The notes: a model not told the origin generated them from the letters alone. Positions 1-5,524 are shown, counted from the first letter of the stretch. The stretch: 6,803 bases of DNA from Candidatus Woesearchaeota archaeon (GCA_964468425.1 CAYXSZ010000083.1:1-6803); one strand, 5' to 3'. Numbers and translations: made by a program.

Positions 1-257
1 ACAAGTTCAGCGATCTTCGATTGGAGCTCAATATTGCTTTTTATTAACGAGTTGACTATGTCTTGATTTATTTTCGCATATTCTATAAGAGCATTCGCGC
101 TTGGAGAGTGTACTGGCTTATTATTGGTATGTATATTGTTGTCAGTTTTAATTGCAATTTCTTCTCGGAGAGAGTGGATAGATTGTTTTAACTCTTCGAC
201 CTCCTCTTCGAGCTTGCGGATAGGATCTATTGATATAATTTCGTATTCTTCTGGCAT
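1..257 (-). CDS. Hypothetical coiled-coil-like protein, N-terminal 85 codons only (3' end lies beyond the left window edge)
   Basis: Absent from the ORF track because it has no stop inside the window. Minus-strand ATG at 257..255 is preceded in frame by TAA (275..273). The frame stays open to position 1: MPEEYEIISIDPIRKLEEEVEELKQSIHSLREEIAIKTDNNIHTNNKPVHSPSANALIEYAKINQDIVNSLIKSNIELQSKIAEL. Its K/E/I-rich composition matches neighbouring genes. An A/T box is centred about 25 nt upstream. No family recognised. Confidence 0.45.
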   Translation of the reverse strand, partial: MPEEYEIISIDPIRKLEEEVEELKQSIHSLREEIAIKTDNNIHTNNKPVHSPSANALIEYAKINQDIVNSLIKSNIELQSKIAEL

Positions 258-277
258 AAGTAATATGTGTCCTTACG

Positions 278-286
278 TTTTTATAT
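278..286 (-). promoter_or_regulatory. TATA-like box (minus strand ATATAAAAA) upstream of the 1..257 gene
   Basis: A/T-rich element centred about 25 nt upstream of the ATG at 257. No Shine-Dalgarno-like purine run lies between them. The same spacing is seen at other starts in this window. Confidence 0.3.
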
Positions 287-300
287 GGGTTTTGTTAAGC

Positions 301-326
301 AAAATTGTTAAACGAAAATTAAAAAA
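301..326 (-). terminator. Oligo-T tract after the thermosome stop codon (candidate archaeal terminator)
   Basis: Minus strand reads TAA-A-TTTTTT-AA-TTTT-CGTTTAACAA-TTTT directly after the stop at 330..328. Archaeal termination typically uses oligo-T runs. Not tested. Confidence 0.3.
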
Positions 327-327
327 T

Positions 328-1968
328 TTATTCAAGGTCGTAGTCGCCTTCCTCGGAGCCTGGTCCTTTACTCTCGCTTTCTTCTTTCTTTACAGCTGCT
401 ATTACGTCATCTATCTTGAGAATCATACACGCAGCTTCTGTAGCTGACTTTACGGCTTGTGTTGTTACATTTGCTGGCTCCAGAACGTTTAGTTCCCACA
501 TATCTGCTACTTTTCCGTTGATCGCGTCGACTCCGTACCATATTTTTCCTTCTTCGTGTGCCGCTCTTAACTCAGCCATTACTTCGATTGTGTCCATACC
601 TGCATTTTCGGCTAGCGCGGAAGGTATTGCCTCAAGTGCGTCAGCGAAAGCTAGCATAGCTAGTTGGATCTTGGATGGGTGTCTTTTAGCTTCCTCTCTC
701 AATCTTCTCGCAAGTTCGATTTCGATAGCTCCTCCTCCTGCAATTACCTTTCCATATTTGATTACGGTAGCTACATCCTTGACTGCGTCTTGGATGGATC
801 TCTCAATTTCATCTGCTACGTGCTCAGAACCCGCTCTGATCAAAATTGTGACTGCTCTTGGATTCTTACATCCGGTTACGAATATCATATTTTCGTCTGC
901 AACCTTCTTTTCTTCTACAGCTTCAGCGTATCCTAAATCTTCTGGGGAGAGGTCGTCTATAGAGGTAACGATTTTAGCTCCCGTTGCTTTTGCGAGCTTT
1001 TCCATATCAGACTTCTTTACCCTTCTTACAGCGAGAATTCCATATTTAGCTAAGTAATGGGCAGCTAAATCGTCAATTCCCTTTTGGACAAACACTACAT
1101 TTGCTCCGACTTCTTTTATTTTATCTACCATTTGTTTAATCATTTCTTGTTCTTTTCTCAAGAAGGCTTCAAGTTGTTCTGGACTTGTAATGTTAATTCT
1201 CGCGTCTGTTTCGGTTTCTTTTACTTCTAGAGCATCGTTGATTAATGCAATCTTCGCTTCCTTGACAATTTTAGGCATTCCTGGGTGAACTCTTTCCTTG
1301 TCTATTACGATTCCGTCAATTAATTCGGTGTCCTCTATTCCTCCCCCTACTCGTTTTTCGATCTTGATAGCATCGAGGTCTACAATTACTCTATCGTCTT
1401 GTTGAGCGGTTACCTTCTTTACGGCATTTACAACGAGATCTGCGATCTTGTCCGCATACATTCCAGCTATCTTTGAAGACAAAGCGGATTTGGCTATTTT
1501 CTTAAGTGCTTCGGCATCGTCAATCGAAACGTCCTTCGCTATTTCGCTTACAGTCTTCTCCACAAACTGCATAGCTCTCTTGTAACCTTCTATAATGACT
1601 GTTGAATGGATGTTGTTGTCTAGCAAATCTTCTGCTTTTCTTAGAAGTTCTCCAGCGAGAACTACCGATCTTTTAGTTCCATCTCCAACTTCAGTATCCT
1701 GCGTCTTCGCGATCTCGATAATTAACTTCGCTGCCGGGTGCTCTACTTGCATTTCGTCTAAAATTGTGTATCCATCGTTTGTAACGATTATGTCTCCAAG
1801 CTCGTCAACTAGCATTTTGTCCATTCCTCTTGGTCCGAGGGAGGTCTTTAGGATTTCGCCAATGATGACCGCTGCCATGATGTTCGATCTCAAGGCGTCC
1901 CTACCTACGGTTCTTGCATATTTTTCGGGAAGTACCAAAATGGGATACAACGTTCTCTGCTCCGCCAT
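328..1968 (-). CDS. ths: Thermosome subunit (group II chaperonin, Cpn60/TCP-1 family)
   Basis: Long ORF with group II chaperonin motifs: [29 protein letters not shown].., [22 protein letters not shown]. The first M in the track (1986) is a TTG codon; ATGs occur at 1977 and 1968. The TATA box at 1990..1997 predicts a transcription start near 1968, so [15 protein letters not shown]... is the preferred N-terminus. The maximal ORF is 328..1986. Confidence 0.95.
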   Translation of the reverse strand: MAEQRTLYPILVLPEKYARTVGRDALRSNIMAAVIIGEILKTSLGPRGMDKMLVDELGDIIVTNDGYTILDEMQVEHPAAKLIIEIAKTQDTEVGDGTKRSVVLAGELLRKAEDLLDNNIHSTVIIEGYKRAMQFVEKTVSEIAKDVSIDDAEALKKIAKSALSSKIAGMYADKIADLVVNAVKKVTAQQDDRVIVDLDAIKIEKRVGGGIEDTELIDGIVIDKERVHPGMPKIVKEAKIALINDALEVKETETDARINITSPEQLEAFLRKEQEMIKQMVDKIKEVGANVVFVQKGIDDLAAHYLAKYGILAVRRVKKSDMEKLAKATGAKIVTSIDDLSPEDLGYAEAVEEKKVADENMIFVTGCKNPRAVTILIRAGSEHVADEIERSIQDAVKDVATVIKYGKVIAGGGAIEIELARRLREEAKRHPSKIQLAMLAFADALEAIPSALAENAGMDTIEVMAELRAAHEEGKIWYGVDAINGKVADMWELNVLEPANVTTQAVKSATEAACMILKIDDVIAAVKKEESESKGPGSEEGDYDLE

Positions 1969-1989
1969 AGTATTCATATACAACAAAGG

Positions 1990-1997
1990 TTTATAAA
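1990..1997 (-). promoter_or_regulatory. TATA box TTTATAAA for the thermosome gene
   Basis: Close match to archaeal TATA boxes (a palindromic octamer), centred about 25 nt upstream of the ATG at 1968. This implies a leaderless or near-leaderless mRNA. Confidence 0.45.
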
Positions 1998-2025
1998 CTG
2001 TATTGAGAAATCTCGTAGAATTTGT

Positions 2026-2043
2026 CTTTTTAACGCTAAAAAG
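2026..2043 (-). terminator. Perfect 7-bp inverted repeat (CTTTTTA-acgc-TAAAAAG) containing a T5 run; candidate terminator of the Fap7-like gene
   Basis: The repeat was read directly from the sequence. It lies 37-54 nt past the stop at 2080, and a further T5 on the minus strand (2058..2062) lies between them. Its function is inferred only. Confidence 0.3.
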
Positions 2044-2079
2044 CTTCGAGATTAACTAAAAATGCGCTCAAAATGAGTA

Positions 2080-2574
2080 TTATTTCTTATTATTAATATA
2101 TCTGATTATTTTGTTCGCTATTTCTTCAGGGGTTTCCTTACTGGTATCGAACGTAATGTAAGGTTTGCTCTCTTCTTCGAGCTCGGATTCGATTACTTCC
2201 AGGTTCTGAGCCCAGATATTCTCGAATATTTTATGATAAGGGTATTTTCGCTGAGACAATCGCTTGTAAAGATCGTTTGGGTCTGCTTTAAGCAAAATGA
2301 AGAGATCCACGAGTTCTTTTGGAAGCAAGTGTGCGAAGGTGCCTTCTACGATAACGTTATCTTCAGAATTTTTTATATGTTCTGAAAGCTTTCTAATTAG
2401 AACATTTTCGTCGACCACAAAGGTTTGGTAAGCTTCGTCGTACTCTAAATGAAGGTTTTGAGACTTTGCGAAGTCTAAAATGTTTATTACGCGAGCTTTA
2501 AGTCTCTTAGAAAGTTCTTTAGCGAGAGTAGTTTTTCCAGATCCGGGAACTCCTGTAATCACTATTACAACCAT
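2080..2574 (-). CDS. Fap7/AK6-type P-loop nucleoside kinase/NTPase (putative adenylate kinase involved in small-subunit rRNA maturation)
   Basis: 164 aa. Walker A ITGVPGSGKTTLAKEL is at the extreme N-terminus. EGTFAHLLP, ADPNDLYKRLSQRKY and KIFENIWAQ resemble the archaeal Fap7 pattern (GHLSHLLP; RL..RGY...KI.EN..AE). Size and layout fit AK6/Fap7 better than a classical adenylate kinase. Confidence 0.8.
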   Translation of the reverse strand: MVVIVITGVPGSGKTTLAKELSKRLKARVINILDFAKSQNLHLEYDEAYQTFVVDENVLIRKLSEHIKNSEDNVIVEGTFAHLLPKELVDLFILLKADPNDLYKRLSQRKYPYHKIFENIWAQNLEVIESELEEESKPYITFDTSKETPEEIANKIIRYINNKK

Positions 2575-2593
2575 TTAAAGGAGCTGGTGAAAG

Positions 2594-2601
2594 TATTTTA
2601 T
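2594..2601. promoter_or_regulatory. Central A/T box (TATTTTAT / ATAAAATA) possibly shared by the divergent Fap7-like and aIF5A genes
   Basis: The 49-bp divergent spacer (2575..2623) has this octamer centred 23.5 nt from the minus-strand ATG (2574) and 26.5 nt from the plus-strand ATG (2624). No SD-like sequence lies adjacent to either start. Confidence 0.35.
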
Positions 2602-2623
2602 GCTTTATGGGTTTTAAAGTTGA

Positions 2624-3019
2624 ATGGTGGAAATTCAGGTTAAAAAGATTGGAGAGTTGAAGCCCGGTAACTACATTTGGTACAACAACAAGGTTTACAA
2701 GGTCGTGAGTGTTGAAACTTCCAAGGTTGGAAAACACGGAGCTGCGAAGGCGAGGGTGGAAGCGGTCTCGTTTGACGGAGACAAAATTGTTCTAATTAAA
2801 CCAACTCACGATAACATTGATGTTCCAATGATAAAGAAGATCAAGGGTCAAGTAATATCCGTTCTTTCAGAGGATAGAGTCATGATTATGGATATGGATA
2901 CTTACGAGACCTTCGAGGCGGTGGTCAACGAAGACCTTCGCGGTAAGCTAAGTGAAGGTCAAAGAGTTGTAGTTTGGGATATTGGAGAGCGAGTTGTGAT
3001 GCAGGCGTTCAAGGATTAA
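2624..3019 (+). CDS. eif5a: Translation initiation factor 5A (aIF5A)
   Basis: 131 aa with the (deoxy)hypusination loop TSKVGKHGAAKA; the modified Lys would be K37 (2732..2734). IMDMDTYETFE and the overall length match archaeal aIF5A. Confidence 0.95.
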   Translation: MVEIQVKKIGELKPGNYIWYNNKVYKVVSVETSKVGKHGAAKARVEAVSFDGDKIVLIKPTHDNIDVPMIKKIKGQVISVLSEDRVMIMDMDTYETFEAVVNEDLRGKLSEGQRVVVWDIGERVVMQAFKD

Positions 3020-3624
3020 AAATCTGCTTTTGGCTCAATTTTAACAATTTTTCCATCTTTCAACCCCTCTAGAAAAGCTCTAAAATCTTCTAAAGTGTAT
3101 TTTAAACTCTCCTCGTAAACGTCGTTATACGTGCTCTCTAGAAGCGATATGTACTCTACCTCTTTCATCAACCTGTTGTATAAGTTTGTTCTCGTTTTTT
3201 CATAGAGCAGTCTAAACAACCTTCTTCTACCCTCATAATAATCTCTGAGGTCTTCAGACAATATCCTTTCGAACAATTCGTCTATTGCTTTGCTTACGGA
3301 GCTTTCCTTATCTTTTTCAAAACCGGGAATGGATAATGAAAATATCAAAAAGTTCTCATACACGTACTCTATTCCAAAGTACACATCGTACCCGATTCCG
3401 TACCTTTCGCGAATTGTTTGGAAGACTAAGGAAGAAGCTCCTCCGGAAACGAACTTTTCAAAAGCGCTGGCGAGGAGAAATTTATTCATAGGTACCTTGA
3501 AGTTCAAGGCAAAATAAACTTGGTTGTTCGTGTCCCTATGCTCTATTATATCTTTCCCTTTACCTACAGTTGGTTTCTTTTTTTGAAACTTCTTTTTCTT
3601 CCAAGTTTGAGAAGTATTTCTCAA
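3016..3624 (-). CDS. M16 peptidase, C-terminal half (Peptidase_M16_C-like); continuation of 3560..4231 in the +1 frame
   Basis: QVYFALNF...VSGGASSLVFQTIRERYGIGYDVY matches the M16 pattern (q.h..lg...LGGGmsSrLf..lRek.GLaYsvy) that normally follows the catalytic domain in a single polypeptide of about 400 aa. The 5' 65 nt overlap the upstream ORF. The ATG at 3624 is probably not a real start. Confidence 0.75.
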   Translation of the reverse strand: MRNTSQTWKKKKFQKKKPTVGKGKDIIEHRDTNNQVYFALNFKVPMNKFLLASAFEKFVSGGASSLVFQTIRERYGIGYDVYFGIEYVYENFLIFSLSIPGFEKDKESSVSKAIDELFERILSEDLRDYYEGRRRLFRLLYEKTRTNLYNRLMKEVEYISLLESTYNDVYEESLKYTLEDFRAFLEGLKDGKIVKIEPKADF

Positions 3625-4231
3625 CTAGTTCGATGTGCTTTTCTGAGAAGTCGCCTTCAAGCAAAATAAACATGTTCTTTGGAGTGTAATATTTGGCTTT
3701 GAACTCCTCTAGGTCTTCTTTAGAAGTGCTTTCTACAGTTTCTCTATAACCAGTAATTGGATCTCCGTAGTCGCTCTCTCCAAAAACAGCTTTTGGGATT
3801 AGCTCGCTCATCCTTTTTTCAGGATCATTATTATAGATCTCTAATTCAGATAAAACTACTTTCTTCTCGTTGTTAAATTCAGTTTCTTTATACTTTTCGT
3901 TTTCAAACATGGAATACAAGATGTCTAAAACCTTTGGAAAACCTTCCGGAATGACTTCTACTATGTAACAGGTTAAATAAGTACTTGTAAATGCGTTTAC
4001 AATCCCGCCATTTAGTTCTAAACCCATGTTTATTTGCTCAGCATCGTATTTATGGTTAGACTTAAACATCATGTGTTCTAGAAAATGCGATATTCCTCTC
4101 TTGTCTTTAGGTTCGTAAACACTCCCTATTTTCACTCCAATTGCGATGCCAACGGTGCTCGCGTCTGGAATTCTTAAAGTATACAATGTTAATCCATTGT
4201 CAAGTACTTTCTTTCCAAAACCATCGGACAT
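3560..4231 (-). CDS. M16 (pitrilysin-family) zinc peptidase, N-terminal catalytic half; truncated by a frameshift
   Basis: Inverted zinc motif HFLEH (4073..4087), followed by NAFTS..T.Y and the distal LSELE region, all typical of the Peptidase_M16 domain. The ORF ends 18 nt after an A7 run, and the reading continues in the +1 frame. Confidence 0.85.
   Translation of the reverse strand: MSDGFGKKVLDNGLTLYTLRIPDASTVGIAIGVKIGSVYEPKDKRGISHFLEHMMFKSNHKYDAEQINMGLELNGGIVNAFTSTYLTCYIVEVIPEGFPKVLDILYSMFENEKYKETEFNNEKKVVLSELEIYNNDPEKRMSELIPKAVFGESDYGDPITGYRETVESTSKEDLEEFKAKYYTPKNMFILLEGDFSEKHIELVEKYFSNLEEKEVSKKETNCR
3578..3584 (-). other. A7 homopolymer (T7 on plus strand) marking the frame change inside the M16 peptidase gene
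   Basis: Minus strand reads GTT TCA AAA AAA GAA ACC AAC TGT AGG TAA in frame 0. Removing one A gives GTT TCA AAA AAG AAA CCA ACT GTA GGT AAA, which joins the two halves. Confidence 0.6.
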
Positions 4232-4247
4232 CTCGAGTAATAATCTA

Positions 4248-5141
4248 TTACTCTTTTTTAACTTTCTTGCTGATCTCGTCCGCGATCCTTATGGGCTCGG
4301 GATATCTTCCCTTAATCCAGAACTCATCGCTCAACTCCTTGGCAGTTTCAACCGATACTTTGTGTCCCGGAGAAACATAAATCACATTTCCATATTTCTC
4401 TAAAACATGACCTATTAACTGGTTATTTTCATCGAAAATTCTGTTACCTTGAATTTTTCCATACAAATGCTTCCTTGTAACTCCGATCGTAGGAATGTCT
4501 AAAAGAACTCCGACGTAGCTGGCTAGTCCTAGTTTTACGGGATGCGCAACTCCCTGTCCATTTACAAAGAGGATGTCAGGAGCTTTTATCTTGTTAAACG
4601 TTTTTAGAATGGGTTCTCCTTCTCTAAAAGCTAAAAATGTTGGAATATATGGAAAAGTTACCCGCTCTTCGAAGACATAGTATTCTACTAAATTTAGTTC
4701 GTTATCCAAGAGAACGTAAACTACTTTAGCCTTATTATTTTTGTAACTTAGATCTACACCACCAATCAACTCTAACTTCGAGAAATCGTCTTGTAGTTTT
4801 AACCTTTTTGAAAGTTCTACTTGCATTTTTCTTAATTTCTCAAGGGGTTTTTCGCCAATCCTAAAGTCATTAAATAGATGCTTTTTTAAATTAACTTTTC
4901 CATTTACAATTTCAACACCTTCGCACTTCAGTCTAATTAACTGCTCTAAGTTTTTTATCTCTCCTTTTTCGTTTACAACCCTCCACCAAGGAATATCTGA
5001 ATGTTTTATAGCTTGGGCTACGAATCTGGTAGCATAAGGACTTCCTAGCGCTAAAGCTAAAGTTTTGAATGTGGTTACCTTACCTTTCGGAATTTGGAAT
5101 ATTAGGTCGCGTAAAATCCTGTTTACGTCCGGAAGATCCAT
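4248..5141 (-). CDS. nfi: Fusion protein: N-terminal alkyltransferase-like (ATL / MGMT DNA-binding) domain plus C-terminal endonuclease V
   Basis: Residues ~8-80 (IPKGKVTTFKTLALALGSPYATRFVAQA...IPWWRVVN..G....LKCEGV) match the MGMT/Ogt C-terminal domain pattern (IP.G.v.tY..iA...g.p.a.RaVg.A...iPCHRVv..G.....LL..EG). Residues ~95-297 carry EndoV motifs: GGVDLSY, PYIPTFLAFRE, NGQGVAHP, GLAS, PTIGVTRK, VSPGH. Confidence 0.9.
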   Translation of the reverse strand: MDLPDVNRILRDLIFQIPKGKVTTFKTLALALGSPYATRFVAQAIKHSDIPWWRVVNEKGEIKNLEQLIRLKCEGVEIVNGKVNLKKHLFNDFRIGEKPLEKLRKMQVELSKRLKLQDDFSKLELIGGVDLSYKNNKAKVVYVLLDNELNLVEYYVFEERVTFPYIPTFLAFREGEPILKTFNKIKAPDILFVNGQGVAHPVKLGLASYVGVLLDIPTIGVTRKHLYGKIQGNRIFDENNQLIGHVLEKYGNVIYVSPGHKVSVETAKELSDEFWIKGRYPEPIRIADEISKKVKKE

Positions 5142-5162
5142 TAAAAAGAGATTAAAGAAAAA

Positions 5163-5170
5163 TTAAAAAT
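5163..5170 (-). promoter_or_regulatory. TATA-like box (minus strand ATTTTTAA) for the ATL-EndoV gene
   Basis: Centred about 25 nt upstream of the ATG at 5141. No SD-like sequence intervenes. Confidence 0.35.
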
Positions 5171-5209
5171 AATGCCTGCAGATCTCTCAGTAACATTTAT
5201 ACATTCGAA

Positions 5210-5222
5210 AACGCGTCGCGTT
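5210..5222. repeat. 13-bp perfect palindrome AACGCG-T-CGCGTT
   Basis: Read directly from the sequence. It is a conspicuously GC-rich island in an AT-rich gap, about 40 bp upstream of the putative EndoV TATA box. Function unknown. Confidence 0.5.
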
Positions 5223-5444
5223 GTACTTCTCACATAACTCTGAATATTTTTTACATAAATTTATAACTTATTCCTTAGGGTTGACTCTTGAGAGGCTCGC
5301 AGTAGATTTTTTATGACAATAGATTTCGACGACTTATAGAGTATTCCTTTGATTTTAAGTAATGGCTCGAGAATTTGATCTAGCTCTGAACTAGAAATCT
5401 TCTTAGTTTCTGAATTAGCATTACTATCTTGTAAATCATGTAGA

Positions 5445-5478
5445 AAACAATTAATGTGAGTTTGAATTATGATTGTTT
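5445..5478 (-). terminator. AT-rich imperfect hairpin ending in a T4 run, downstream of the permease-NTase stop
   Basis: AAACAAT (5445..5451) pairs with ATTGTTT (5472..5478), and an inner TAAT/ATTA pairing is separated by a 2-nt bulge. On the minus strand the 3' arm runs into TTTT. AT-rich stems of this size arise easily by chance. Confidence 0.2.
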
Positions 5479-5524
5479 AGCTAGATAACTTGCATAATCT
5501 TAGGATATTACAAACAATTATAAC

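Larger units (their letters stand above)
5144..5524 (-). pseudogene. Stop-depleted reading frame without a usable start codon; candidate decayed gene (identity unknown)
   Basis: Between the permease TAG (5527..5525) and the TAA at 5143..5141, the minus frame in phase with the permease ORF has only 2 internal stops (TAA at 5479..5477 and 5263..5261) in 127 codons. The other two minus frames have 14 and 10 stops over the same span (counted by hand). The middle segment is 71 open codons (5476..5264) with no ATG, GTG or TTG. Confidence 0.3.

Noticed and set aside
1-257. Calling the partial coiled-coil gene next to the thermosome a prefoldin subunit
   Set aside because: The idea rests only on coiled-coil character and adjacency to a chaperonin. 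The N/H/P-rich linker and the sequence itself do not match any prefoldin pattern I can recall.
1977-1986. TTG (1986) or ATG (1977) as the thermosome start codon
   Set aside because: The TATA box at 1990..1997 is only 4-13 nt upstream of these codons, too close for either to lie within the transcript. The ATG at 1968 fits the ~25-nt spacing and gives a typical MAEQ... N-terminus. This is not experimentally resolved.
124-1996. Plus-strand ORFs 124..447, 416..1057, 664..936 and 1595..1996
   Set aside because: All lie antisense to the strongly supported thermosome gene or the 1..257 gene. Their translations are low-complexity (S/A/F/L-rich) with no recognisable motifs. These are typical shadow ORFs of a long gene on the opposite strand.
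2519-2737. Minus-strand ORF of 72 aa spanning the Fap7 start, the divergent spacer and the aIF5A 5' end
   Set aside because: It overlaps two well-supported genes and the promoter region, and has no recognisable motif. Its existence would be incompatible with the divergent promoter layout.
3285-3517. Plus-strand ORFs 3285..3491 and 3290..3517
   Set aside because: Antisense shadow ORFs inside the M16 C-terminal half, with no motifs and an R/F/K-rich composition unlike the neighbouring proteins.
4141-4403. Plus-strand ORFs 4141..4380 and 4146..4403
   Set aside because: They run antisense across the M16 start and the EndoV 3' end, are mutually overlapping alternative frames, and show no recognisable domain.
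5379-5418. Possible C/D-box sRNA or other small RNA: two CUGA-containing near-repeats TCTGAACTAG (5385..5394) and TCTGAATTAG (5409..5418), plus small hairpins (TCTAG/CTAGA, AGAAA/TTTCT)
   Set aside because: No C or C' box (RUGAUGA) is present on either strand at a suitable distance, and there is no terminal stem. The stems are only 5 bp and AT-rich. The repeat is 9 of 10 matches in AT-rich sequence and could be chance.
5445-5520. Repeated 9-mer AAACAATTA (5445..5453 and 5512..5520), with a partial inverted copy at 5472..5478
   Set aside because: A single repeated AT-rich 9-mer in a ~380-bp AT-rich region is close to chance expectation. No target-site-duplication or terminal-inverted-repeat architecture suggests a mobile element.
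5142-5524. tRNA, split-tRNA half or small protein gene in the long gap
   Set aside because: TTCGAA at 5204..5209 has no flanking T-arm stems and no acceptor or anticodon arms could be drawn. The longest start-containing small ORFs are short: 21 aa (plus, 5172..5237), 19 aa (minus, from 5439) and ~30 codons from GTG or TTG starts. None is convincing.
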